Below, piece by piece: positions 1 to 11,106 of a stretch of 64,000 nucleotides of DNA. The position numbers and the translations under genes were made by a program. How positions within the stretch are numbered: the stretch's first letter is position 1; the number at the start of each line of letters is the position of its first letter. The notes below the pieces were generated by a model, which did not search any database, was not told where the DNA came from, and saw only the letters and a program-made list of their open reading frames with translations. Source of the stretch: Pseudovirgaria hyperparasitica (lineage: Eukaryota); the NCBI GenBank assembly GCA_010093815.1, contig ML996567.1, one strand, 5' to 3'.

Positions 1-2226
1 AATTATCCACGGAGTCTTCGGAAGATGATTCGTGGTATAGCCCAAAGAAAGTATGGTTGCCCATGTTTGTATGAACCTTTTGGAACAAAATCAGCATCCA
101 AATAAGGTAGTGTTAGGAAGTAGGCCAGTGCTGTACCTCGATGTACCTTATCCCAGTGAGCGATGTTGTGCAACCTACGGTCACTGCAGAAACTCTCTCC
201 CCAGCCGCACCGTCAATATAGAAGGATGACTCTAGGCATTTGTCATTGTCCCGATCATTTTCAAAAGTATTCCCTCTAATACAAAACCTCTTACTTTCAT
301 TATCGTCATAAACAAATTTTAGTCCGCGGAACGAACTAGGGAAACCCTGAATAAGAGCAACAATTCTCTGGAGAGACGATAGGCGACGTCCATCAGGTCC
401 AGAAAAATCCATATTCAATTGAAGATTGAACATTTGGGATTTTGTCTCGGCGGGAAATGACTGAATATAGTTCATGCTCGCTGGGACTCCTGGAGACCAT
501 ATTTTACCAAAGATTTCCGCTCGTTCTCTTGCATGCTGAGCTTTAGGTACCATCTGAGTCGCGTCGTGAGATGCGGTCCCGCAGTCCGGAATGCGATAGT
601 TCTGCTCAATAAGCTTAAGAGAAACAAGTTTGCATATCTGTCAATAAGTTAGATGCTGTCAGTAGACATCGAGAAGGATTCATACATCAAAACCTATCTC
701 AAAAGCGAATATTCGGCTCTCATGATGTCGAAACAACCTAGAAACTCCAACATCTGGTGTTGTCATTCCGAAGTCTCCCGTCGTATGGGAAGAGACCCCT
801 GATATACTGTTGGTTAAGAACCTCAGACCTACGATGCCAGAGATTGTAATTGCGATTTCCAAACCATCCAAAAGACAAGGATCGAAGCACACCACTTCCT
901 CTGTCAATGGAATTATCAGGCCTAGCTTTTGAGGTACGACACTACCACCAGAAAAGCATGTGGGCCAAATTCGAAGTCCTGAAACGTATGATCTTCCATT
1001 AAACCACGTAAAAGAGACACCGATTTTTATCTGGCCTGAGCTGTCGGATTGGGGCCACTGTAACCAGCTGGATCCGAATTTTCTGGAGCCGATTCGGAGA
1101 ACGTCTGTTGCATGAGATTCTGGAATGACTTCTGCAGAAATGACAGGACTGCAGGTGTGGCGACCAGAGAGCCGATGGCTACCCACATTGCCGCCTTGAT
1201 GGACTGACTCGTTACTAATGAGATCATTGAGAGGTCTGGATATATTGCTCAGGATGTGCCATATCCTTCTTCGATTTTTGATACCCTGCTTTTCATTCGG
1301 ACCCCTGAGAGAGTCTTTGAAGGCCATATAAAGCCTTCGCCAATCAATGTAACCTCCCAGCTCGGAGGAAGCCTGGCAGGCAAGAGCAAACCCCATTTCG
1401 TGCTCTTCTTCGAAACGGCTCGCCCAAAATGATTGGGGAAGTTCGTGGAATGAGCTAATACTGGCGACTCGGTCTGACGATTGTCGAAGACTACAGACGT
1501 CCATCGATGTAAGCCCATTCAGGATGAGCACGACGACTTCGTCAGGAAGTGAACAGAATACATCGGTGTTGTTAGGCTTATCCAAACGTGGCATAGAGGC
1601 GATGGTTGTTTCAACGAGGTTGCTCTCCAGGTAGTCTGCAGGGAGATGTTCTCGCGGATCGGCTGTCAGAAATGACCACTCAGGAGGAACTCGAGCCAAA
1701 TAGCCAGGGTTTCCAGAAGTTTTCTGGAACTTAGAGGCACCGCCGTAATCATGTTCACCGATAGCGGTGTAGTACCTGTTCCACGGAGTGCAGTAGAGTA
1801 TCTGAAAAAGAGACCTAGCCACTTGAGCACTATCGTGACCTTGCTTGGCGGTTCGACTGAGTAAGAGGCTCCAGCAGGCATCATGGAAGGGAAAAACCCA
1901 GTAATCTCCCGACCTGTAATGGAACGGATCCGTTTCCAATCCTTCGCTGGTATCAGAATATCGAGTTGTCTCATCAGGATGAACAATGAGATCATGATGC
2001 GGGTCAAGGTATCCTACACCGGTAACGAAAGGCGACGAAGTACCTCGAATCGATCTTACTATTCATTTCAAATCTCGTTAGCTGGTCGACGGCGGGCATG
2101 CTTTGCGACAGATAAGTAGTCACCTGCACGAGTTTCGGCGAACCAGGGAAGTTTCTTTACAGGAGGTTGCGGTCCAGTAAATGTCTGTAAGATGACGCCA
2201 CAAAGGGGACAGTATGCGTCAAGCAT
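1..2226 (-). CDS. F-box domain protein (fungal multi-exon family); 3' end runs off the window
   Basis: Exons 2226-2124, 2058-686, 637-137 and 76-<1 join in frame via GT-AG introns. N-terminal CPLCGV...PWFAETRAV; F-box-like motif FCSLPDEVVVLILNGLTSMDVCSLRQSS; family motifs FPFHDACW, DWRRLY, IKNRRRIW, GFDICKLVSL. Confidence 0.8.
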
Positions 2227-2345
2227 TGTTGATAGCAGCTGCTGCGAAGGGACAGATGCTAACGAAGGCGTAATGAACATTCGAAACGAAGGACGTACTG
2301 GAAATAAATTCCGCCCTCCTATTGGTCAGGATCAGGGTGACTTTC

Positions 2346-2635
2346 TGTAAGTCTTGGCTAGCACTCGGTAGGCCCTCCTTTCACAGCAGTGAGCGCTTGG
2401 TGTTTATTATGACGGCAACCTATTGTCCTATTGTCCCTTAAAGAACAATCTTAGAGAACATTCAGAGGCGACAGAGTATGCAGGCTCAGTTTCATGATAA
2501 AAGACACTCGAGCCATTCAAGTGAATATTGTGGAAGGAGCTACTCTCGTTGGTAGCACTAATTAGTACTTAGCGTTGTGTACTTAAACCGTCTCTTACAG
2601 ACTCAACACTCTACTCAATACAACAACTTCTTACA
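2346..2635 (+). mobile_element. Putative single LTR (TGTAAG...CTTACA)
   Basis: 290-bp segment bounded by the 6-bp inverted termini TGTAAG/CTTACA, with an A/C-rich 3' part (ctcaatacaacaacttcttaca) as seen in fungal LTRs, upstream of retroelement relics. No second copy and no target-site duplication seen. Confidence 0.3.
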
Positions 2636-2761
2636 ACAAGTATCCGTATACACACTCAGACTTCTTGACTGTTTGGTCTTCCATCAACTGAAAACTCTTC
2701 GTTATACTCTTCTACTATATCTCGTCTGAGACACCTGCTTTGCCGTCAAAGAATCTACAAT

Positions 2762-3349
2762 ATGGCACATCCTCGACCCGACGGACAGACCTTAAATTCT
2801 ACCAATGTCTCATTTATGAGCTCTCTCTGGGCTATAAAAGCCGGTACATTGGAAGAAAAGGTTCAGATTCTCTGGAACGGCATCCTGAACACCTATTTCC
2901 CACCGACTGAGCCGTACAAAATTGCGATCAAAGCCGTTGTGCTCACAGATAATACTGCGCTGGATGCGGTTATCTTTGAGATACATGCCTTACAAGAACC
3001 TAGGTCTTCACAACACCTTCAAGAACCTAGGTCTTCACACCAACTTCAAGAACGGCAGATCTTCATGGTCGAGTGCAAAAGAATTTCTGAAGACACACTG
3101 GAGGGCTGGTTGGGCGCCCAAGCACAGCTCCTTGGCTACCTCGAATCGAATAGCAATGTCGCCACTTGCAGCGGCATGTATGGTGCCTGTACCATTGGAA
3201 GCAAGGTCATGTTCTTCGAGTGGATCAAAGATTCCCATCGATTGACTGCAATCAGTCCGATGCTCGACATGAAAGAACCAATCGACCGTCCTGTTGTCGA
3301 GGATATGCTAATTCGCGTCAAACAATATGGTTGGATTCGCACAAACTGA
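2762..3349 (+). CDS. Intronless 195-aa PD-(D/E)xK restriction-endonuclease-fold-like protein
   Basis: Motif order ILNTYFP...ALDAVIF...FMVECKR...AQAQLLGYL...YGACTIGSKVMFFEW matches the D...ExK...QxxxY pattern of REase-fold proteins common as fungal hypotheticals. Confidence 0.6.
   Translation: MAHPRPDGQTLNSTNVSFMSSLWAIKAGTLEEKVQILWNGILNTYFPPTEPYKIAIKAVVLTDNTALDAVIFEIHALQEPRSSQHLQEPRSSHQLQERQIFMVECKRISEDTLEGWLGAQAQLLGYLESNSNVATCSGMYGACTIGSKVMFFEWIKDSHRLTAISPMLDMKEPIDRPVVEDMLIRVKQYGWIRTN
2990..3052 (+). repeat. 27-bp in-frame tandem repeat (~2.3 copies; LQEPRSSQH / LQEPRSSHQ / LQE)
   Basis: caagaacctaggtcttcaca is repeated with a 27-nt period inside the ORF. Confidence 0.9.
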
Positions 3350-3361
3350 TCATTCTGATAA

Positions 3362-3502
3362 AGATTACTAGACCGTCGACAAAACCAGAATACAAAGAAA
3401 ACGCAGTACCTAGTCAAGTGGAAAGGCTGGGGACCGATACACAACCAATGGTACAACGTGGAAGACCTGACCGGTGCTCGCGAGCTCCAACGAGAATCCG
3501 AA
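3362..3502 (+). mobile_element. Chromodomain relic typical of a Ty3/Gypsy chromovirus integrase C-terminus
   Basis: Translation from 3362: RLLDRRQNQNTKKTQYLVKWKGWGPIHNQWYNVEDLTGARELQRESE (YLVKWKG...W...DL signature). No start codon; in-frame stops immediately upstream. Confidence 0.8.
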
Positions 3503-3702
3503 AGCATACCACCAGCTCGTCATTCTCAAAAGACAGCGCCAGTCAAATTCGAAAGACACCAGCGCGAAAACGCACCAGTTCCTGTTCCTCCAAAAGAACG
3601 TCATCGATTCGTGAACGCAAACACCAGACGCTTCCGCATATTCAGCAAAGTGTTCACGAATACTGTTAATGATCCATGAGGATGCAGCGCTGTCTCTCTA
3701 GA

Positions 3703-4127
3703 GTTAACGACGGAGTTCTTGTCTCGCCATAACTCTATAAAGGGAGAAGTTGGACATTCAGCAATTCAAGCACGAAGTCACCAGTCGCATGAAATGCAAG
3801 GACCTCGGGGAAGCTCGCCTTATCTTAGGCATAGAGATTGATCAAACCCGGAAAGATCAGATCAGACTTTCTCAGAAGTCCTATTCCCTGAGAATTCTCA
3901 AAAGGTTCGGAATGACAGAATGTAACGGCAGGAAGACTCCAATTGACGCAAACCTCTTCCCAATGAGATCAGAGGATATCGTTGATCAGGAACGTCAATT
4001 AACGTACATGCAATTGATTGGGTCTCTCAATTACCTTGTCACTGGCACTCGTCCAGACCTCGCATTTACTGTCGGCATGTGCGCCACATTTAATGCGAAT
4101 CCCTCAGAACAACATGCACAAGTTGCG
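3703..4127 (+). mobile_element. Ty1/Copia reverse transcriptase (RVT_2) fragment
   Basis: MKCKDLGEARLILGIEI...LSQKSY..RILKRFGM..C..RKTP...YMQLIGSLNYLVTGTRPDLAFTV...NPSEQH. A degenerate 'VNDGVLV' (VDD-like) sits at 3703 in another frame. Confidence 0.9.
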
Positions 4128-4232
4128 TTTGGATTTGCGGTATTCGGATCTGATCCCCAAGAAGCATCGGAGAACATACTGATTTCCATTGGACTTTTGG
4201 ATCTCTTTAGAACAAGGCAATGCTCGATGGTG
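4128..4232 (-). mobile_element. Ty1/Copia RNase H N-terminal fragment, inverted relative to the RT
   Basis: Minus strand reads TIEHCLVLKRSKSPMEISMFSDASWGSDPNTA; (F/Y)SDA(S/D)W(G/A)xD is the start of the Copia RNase H. Confidence 0.75.
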
Positions 4233-5041
4233 TGATCAATGAGTTCCCTGTATTTTGCCGCTTTCTCTTCGTCTGTAAGCTGAGGACTCTCTTGGGAGGG
4301 CGCGGTTTGACGGGTTTCGTGTTGCTCTACCGAGAATGATAAAGGGATGTCAATTATGTCATCATCATTACTCAAATGGACCGATATTCAATGGCGCAGC
4401 TGAATGACCCAACGAACGTTACCCTTGTAGTATGCACTGTTGATGTTGGCAAAGCGGAAAGTCCTTGATTTGTAGTCTTGATGTATAAGCTAGCCGTGAG
4501 CGAAGGAGAAATTACCACAGAAACATGCGGTCAACCTACCTGTTTTGCGGGATGGTTTCCGTAACAACAAGATATTGAGAGTTATAATCATTAAGGTCGT
4601 ATTATATAGTCATACTAGAAACTTCTTGAATATAGATACGAAATAAGATAATATTATGGAGATGAATACTCACAAGATATTCATAGAGGCTTGAAATAGA
4701 GTAATACTAGAGTTCAAGCACGTGATGCCGCGTTGCTCACGCGTTGTCTCTGATGCTAGGCACCCCTTTGTCTTAACTAGGGGTATCAAAGAGACAGAAG
4801 GTTATTCTTGTTTTGGGACATGTCGCAGTAACTGTTCTGGCGTTCGTGAAATGTGACTAGTCGAGATGTAACATGGAACATAATGCCACCATGAACCAGA
4901 CCTTCGATGGATTGACCCACTGTCCAACAGATGCAAACTAGCCTATGAAAAGGGGTCACAATCCCACGAAGAGACAAAGACAAGGCTAGGAAAGCTGCAA
5001 TATCTATAAATATTGTTGGATGCCATACAGTGGTAACAAAC

Positions 5042-6921
5042 CTAATCTAACTCTTCGTGATCCTGGAATGGCCAATGTTCGTCTAGCTCCCTCCTCTCAT
5101 CGTCTGTTTCAGCAGCGTCTAGCATTTCATGTTTGATATATTGCTCTTTCTCCTTTGCTTCATTGTATGATTCATTCGGCACCCATCCATCGATGTTAAC
5201 ACCAATGAAGTCGCGCAGTTTCTGCATTTGTGCATCTGCGTTCTTCTGCTTCGTGTCAATATCGAGGCAGTCTGTGGCTTCTGCTTCGGAGTATTTAGCA
5301 GGGAACCCAGCTCCTTTCGTCGCCGAATTGGCAATATCAGACCAGTAGGCCGACGCATGTACTAGTTCCGCCTTGAGTGATGTATTATCGCCTTCCCACG
5401 GCCTGCTGGCAGTGTCATATAGTCGATTTCTTACAATAAGGTCATATGTTCCCATCGCGTGAAAATGAGGCTTATTGTTGCGATTAGTAAAACCCAGATA
5501 AAAATAGTGGAGCTGTCGTCGGCGGTAAAGTTCCGCCTCCATTTCCTTCTCATTCTCGGTCAAGGAGTCGAAGTTGTCAGGAAGCGTTGGGGGTCGGAAG
5601 TTCTCTGAATCATCGTCGCCATAGTTCTGAAAATGCTTTGGAATCTTTGCTTGAAGGAAAATGGGAAGAATCGCGCTGCGCTGCCAATCGATGACACCAG
5701 TGATCTCGCCGGATCTATTGACGAAGATGTTACTGGGTGAGAGATCTGGGTGACGGATCGTAGGTTGATTCAGTTCCTCTCTGTCAGGAACGATGTGCGG
5801 AGCAACTTTCAGATAGTCCAACAAACTGCCTATTTGCACTTGCGGGTCTACCTTTTGGCGGTCATAAAATTCTCTGTAGAGCGGTTCACGGGGAAAACGT
5901 CGCTCGCCAAATTTTCGAAGCCAGGTCAACTCTCTCTGACCAACCGCCTTCAATAGATCCTCGGAATGTTTCCCTACGCACCACTTGTTAGATATCTGAA
6001 AGTGAGATAATTTAATGGTCTCTTACAGGGGCCTCGATTGATATCTAATTCATCTCGCATTTGATACCACCAAAGTAGTTCACTTGAAGGTCCAATGCAA
6101 AACTTATCTGTTCCCTTTTGGCTGATGTCTGGTGACATATTCGCTGTCGTTATATTGGAGTCCAAGGAATCTTTGTAATATAGACTGCCACTGGCAGGGA
6201 ATCGTATAGCAAAGAGAATCTTTTCAATATCAACGATCTTCTCTACTACATCCATCCTTTCTCGTAACGTCATACTATACCAAGTATCTTCCAACTCTAC
6301 ACCCGGAACTTTCTCCATGATGATATATTCAGACCCAACTTGATTAGATGTCGAGGAGTCCCAACTGAAGACCCTAGGAATTGGAACTCCGTGCAGTCGT
6401 AGAAATTCCATCGTTGCAACTTCGCTGGCGATACCATATTTATGAGGAAGCGTCGAAGGGTATGGAAGGCGCACCATCACCTTCAGTCCATCTTGGAAAG
6501 TAGCTTCAAAAACACGATAAGAACCGCCTTCGGCAACTTTTGTGAAACTAGTAATCTCATCCGAAGAATGGCCGACAGACCTGGCAACAACCTGGCAGAG
6601 TTCGTGGATGTTGAAATACCGTCGTCTCTCAAGGAGGCGCAGGCGTTCATTGTAGCTACAGCGGTGCGGTGCTATTAGGCTAGGTACGCGATTCTTGATG
6701 CTTTAGAGCTACCAAAGCAAGACTTACAGCCATTTGCCAGATGTGTGATTATAGAATGGGTGGTTTGGATCGCTAATGCTTATTGACGCTCCGCTATCCT
6801 TTGGTACAGGTTTTGTTGAAGAAAGTGCTATGTGTAGAGTTGAGAAAAGGTGTGGTCGATGGGTAAAAGAGTGGAACAACAAGGAACGAGGCTTTATGGG
6901 GTTGAAAAGGGTTCTTGGCAT
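5042..6921 (-). CDS. Aminoglycoside-phosphotransferase (APH)-family kinase-like protein, Aim9-like
   Basis: Exons 6921-6728, 6655-6027, 5973-5042. Motifs SGKWLYNE, AEGGSYRVF, SEVATMEF, YIIMEKVPG, RGPW, HPDLSPSNIFV, IDWQ. The basic N-terminus without acidic residues suggests mitochondrial targeting. Confidence 0.88.
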
Positions 6922-7828
6922 CACAAAAACAATTGGTGTTTTCACTTGAGAGAGAGGCTTGAAACAGGAAACTAAAGAGGAGCGGATAATGTTGACAGCG
7001 GGCTTTGACTAGTAGCTGAGAGTGCTGTTCGTTCGAGAAATTATTAGCTGCTAAGATGAACGCACGGACGTTTAACAGGTATCCGCTGGAACGTCAAAGA
7101 AATGTGAACCGTGTAGGGTATTTATTCTTAGTTCGCTAATTATATTCCCGATCGAGAATCTTGTACTGGCTTTACGAACGCTTCGTGAGTAACGTGAAGT
7201 AGTGTAATTTGACCGCGCCCTCCGATGACTTGGGAAGCGAGGAGCTATCCATCTGATGCCAGATGATGTCCATCGTCACGGGTACTTCCATGTACGAGAG
7301 TAATGTGTCAGCATGCGATCTGCATTCGCCTCAGTCTTCTCTGCCCTTATCATGCTCCTCGTCCTCCTCGTCTGGGTGGTCAGTGCTATGACTGATTGCA
7401 TCTTCAATGAGATCGCTCGTATGCTCTGCATCGAGTAGCGTCTTTTGCAGGTATATAAAAATATCCTTGTAGCATCCATGAACTTGGCGACAACTGGGCA
7501 GTGGCGACGGCCGGTTCGACTAAAGCTCAACTAAGGATTAGATGAGATTCAACGACAGTAGTCGGCGTGCGTTAACGATGGAAGTAGAGTCACAGGACAG
7601 AGGAATAGGCGTGGACGGGAGAGCAGGATTTTATATGATGGGACGAGGCTGATGGATTCCTCGTTCGGGCGTAGCGCGAAAACTATGGACACGCGAGGCC
7701 CGGATTGCGACAGTGCAGCAATGGCTCTGACTCTACGATTTGCAATTGGCCCGAAGCTTTAATATCCCAAATAAATTTTGGTTGCACTCACATACTGCTT
7801 TGCCATCCCATCACGAAACCTCAAGCAG

Positions 7829-10069
7829 ATGCACATGCTCGGACAGCTTTGGCTTGGTAGATATATATACTACAGAACACTCAAAGGAACGATTAATTGC
7901 AGCTCCTTGCGACCAGGAAACTTCACCGCGAGTCGAGGTCTTCCATCACAACTTGGCTTGGGGGGAAGCCACTCTCGTTCTTCGCGCATATACCTGCGCC
8001 CTCTGACCGCGATGGCCGACAAAGCTCCCGTGTCTCTCTCTACTCCTCCCGCAGCCGGCCAGCTTGTTGAGCATGCGGGTATTACTTATACGACGGTCAA
8101 AGAAGGCCACGCGCACATCCTTGTCCCGCCAGAATCCATCGTGCCTACACAGGCTAGTAAAAACCAGAAGAAACATCAAAAGAGCAAAGGAGAAACGAAT
8201 GTAGGCGCGGATGCAGTCAGGCAGAGCGTCTTTTATAATCCGATACAGCAATTCAATCGAGACCTGAGTGTACTGGCGATAAGAGCTTTTTCGGAGGACT
8301 ATCTAGACAGAAAAAAAAGGAAAAGGGAAGCTGCCACGTTAAGGAGAGAAAACAAAGACAAAAGGAGGAAGGTCGAGGAGACTCATGGAGAGATCGCTAG
8401 AGACACCGTGGACGCCGGTCAATCGAAGTCAAACCACGAGGATGTGTCCATGGTGGACGTGGAAACAACAACTGGATCTGCTGGTAGTGATGCGAATCAT
8501 AACGAGATGGCACATAAGAGGAAGGCAGATGATGCTCATTTGGACCAATCAATCTCGGACTCGGATCTTCTACTTGCGGAGCAAAACCTACCACAATCGA
8601 CAGGACTGGGCAATGTGGCGGCGCCTAAACCACAGCGGCCTGATATTCGAATATTAGATGCACTATCTGCAAGTGGACTCCGAGCTTTGCGATACGCTAA
8701 GGAGCTTCCATTTCACACTGCCGTTACTGCGAATGACCTGTCCAAACAGGCTACTGAGGCCATAAGAGTGAACGTGGAGCACAATAGACTTCAGGACCAA
8801 ATCACGGCCAGAACAAGCAATGCAATGGCGCACATGTACAGCTTCGTATCTTCAGATGGATCGAACGAGAGTCAGAAGTATCATGTCATCGACCTAGACC
8901 CGTACGGCACTGCAGCACCATTCCTTGATTCTACTATGCATGCTATTCAAGATGGCGGGCTACTCTGCGTTACTTGTACGGATTCAGCTATATTTAATTC
9001 AACTGGCTACCTTGAGAAGACATATACACAGTACGGTGGTCTGCCTATCAAGGGATGGCATCTGCATGAGGGAGGCCTGCGATTGGTACTTCACAGTATC
9101 GCCACTACAGCAGCTAGATATGGCATGGCCATTGAACCTCTGCTATCTCTTTCCATCGATTACTACATCCGTGTGTTCGTGCGAGTGCATAAGTCACCTG
9201 CGGATGTCAAATTCTTGGCTGGTAAGCAGATGATCGTCTACAATTGCGATGCTGGCTGTGGTGCATGGAAAACCCAATATCTAGCTCGATCTGAGCCAGT
9301 AACGAGGAAAGATGGGAGCGTGTACTACAAGCACAAACTTCAGCAAGCCCCAAGTGCCTCGCCATTATGTGAGTTTTGTGAAAAGAAGATGCATCTCTCA
9401 GGGCCTATGTTCGGTGGCCCGCTGCACAATCCCGCATTCATAGAGAAGATCTTGAGTTATCTGCCAAACTTGGATGGAGACGTCTATCAGACCATACCCA
9501 GGATGGAAGGCATGCTGCAGACGGCATACGACGAGATTTTTGACGACAAGCCACAATTACGAGATGATACGTCTGAACACAACGACAATACGCGTATTGG
9601 AACATCAGGTTTGGAGGCAAAAGGAAGCAATGATATGATACCGCGGATGAATCCGGCAGCTATCGACCATTTCCCTTTCTACTTCATTGCCAGCCATACG
9701 AGCTCGGTCATCAGATCTCGAGCACCTCCTGACGCAGCTGTCAAGGGAGCTTTGCGTCATGCTGGCTATCGTGCCACAAGAAGTCACACCAAGCCTGCTA
9801 CTATCCGCACAGATGCACCATGGTCATTCATCTGGAAAGTTTTCCGTGCCTATGCTAGAGAGAACGACGCTATCAAAGAAGGTGCCTTACCAGAAAGCTC
9901 GCCTGGATTCAACATCATGAAGGTGGATGACACGCCCAAAGAGGGCGAAAATACCACTCCAAAAATCATATTCGATGAAGAGCTGGGGCGTGACAAGGTA
10001 AGCAAAAAATTGGTCAGATATCAGACCAATCCACGCGCCAATTGGGGACCAATGCGCCGTGCGAAATGA
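7829..10069 (+). CDS. TRM1: tRNA (guanine26-N2)-dimethyltransferase
   Basis: VFYNPIQQFNRDLSV, ILDALSASGLRALRYAKE, IDLDPYG, GGLLCVTCTD, C-terminal NPRANWGP. In-frame ATGs at 7829, 7835 and 8012. Confidence 0.95.
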   Translation: MHMLGQLWLGRYIYYRTLKGTINCSSLRPGNFTASRGLPSQLGLGGSHSRSSRIYLRPLTAMADKAPVSLSTPPAAGQLVEHAGITYTTVKEGHAHILVPPESIVPTQASKNQKKHQKSKGETNVGADAVRQSVFYNPIQQFNRDLSVLAIRAFSEDYLDRKKRKREAATLRRENKDKRRKVEETHGEIARDTVDAGQSKSNHEDVSMVDVETTTGSAGSDANHNEMAHKRKADDAHLDQSISDSDLLLAEQNLPQSTGLGNVAAPKPQRPDIRILDALSASGLRALRYAKELPFHTAVTANDLSKQATEAIRVNVEHNRLQDQITARTSNAMAHMYSFVSSDGSNESQKYHVIDLDPYGTAAPFLDSTMHAIQDGGLLCVTCTDSAIFNSTGYLEKTYTQYGGLPIKGWHLHEGGLRLVLHSIATTAARYGMAIEPLLSLSIDYYIRVFVRVHKSPADVKFLAGKQMIVYNCDAGCGAWKTQYLARSEPVTRKDGSVYYKHKLQQAPSASPLCEFCEKKMHLSGPMFGGPLHNPAFIEKILSYLPNLDGDVYQTIPRMEGMLQTAYDEIFDDKPQLRDDTSEHNDNTRIGTSGLEAKGSNDMIPRMNPAAIDHFPFYFIASHTSSVIRSRAPPDAAVKGALRHAGYRATRSHTKPATIRTDAPWSFIWKVFRAYARENDAIKEGALPESSPGFNIMKVDDTPKEGENTTPKIIFDEELGRDKVSKKLVRYQTNPRANWGPMRRAK

Positions 10070-11106
10070 TCACCTTGATGGCGCAACTGTACATATACTT
10101 ATCAGTTATGCCCTTAAGATTCAAGTGGGACACTGATGAATGATTGGAATCTTTGGTACGGTTGCACAATATATCGGGCAGTCGCACGCATACCGGCCTT
10201 TCAAAGAATGTATGAAATCAAGCACCCTACAGTCGTGACCATTTTGTCGTGACGGTACCTAAGTGCTGAGACGTGCCCCAGTTTAATTTCCACATGTTCG
10301 CGTCATCGTTACCTCCATGCCAGTCTCGCAAAATGTTTTCCACTCATAATATCCCTGCTGTACCACCCTGGTCGCTTTCTGTTTCTGCATAATTGATGAA
10401 AGAACTGTAGAAAACACACCAACAGGAACGAGAGAATGCGGAAGTCTTGTCGTCTTCTATCCATTCGGACCTGAAGTCATAACGTTATCACGCCTTGGCT
10501 GCCTCTGTTGGAACCAGATCTTGCATTTTCTTACATCGGATTTTGTGCAATTGCCATCAGCGTCATCAATTGCCATGTCCAAACTGATCGCCCCACATTA
10601 TCGACCAGGCGGTCCCATAATCCCCCAATCCATCTGCATTCCAGTAGCACTTGCAGCCTCGCCACCCATATTGCCGCTGTTGTACACATATCTGATCCTG
10701 CTTGAAAATACCCGACATGCATGCTCGCGACGGGCACATCATGTGTCCACCCAACATTATCAAGCTGCCAGGTCACGATAATGCATCGGTTAGGTCGCTC
10801 AACCTATTCTGGTCTGGTCATAGCTATGATCAAATGCCAACATCTCCACTATAGAATCAAAGTAGTGATCTCATTTGCTGTAGCGGTATCACATCATCCA
10901 CCGAAACCAGGTACTAGCCTTGTGTTTTGAGAGCTCTCAATCGGGACGTGATACATATCCTCCATGTCATCGCAGTCACATTGATGTCACCAATGCCCTG
11001 GTTAGCTTGCGGCCTTGCGCACGGCTGCTATAATTGTCTTCCAGAGCCATCCTGTCAATTTTGAGTGCCAGATCTGACAGTCCTTCGTCTAATTGACACT
11101 CTCAAG

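Noticed and set aside
7276..7530. Short minus-strand ORFs upstream of TRM1
   Set aside because: No recognisable motif or consistent exon structure.
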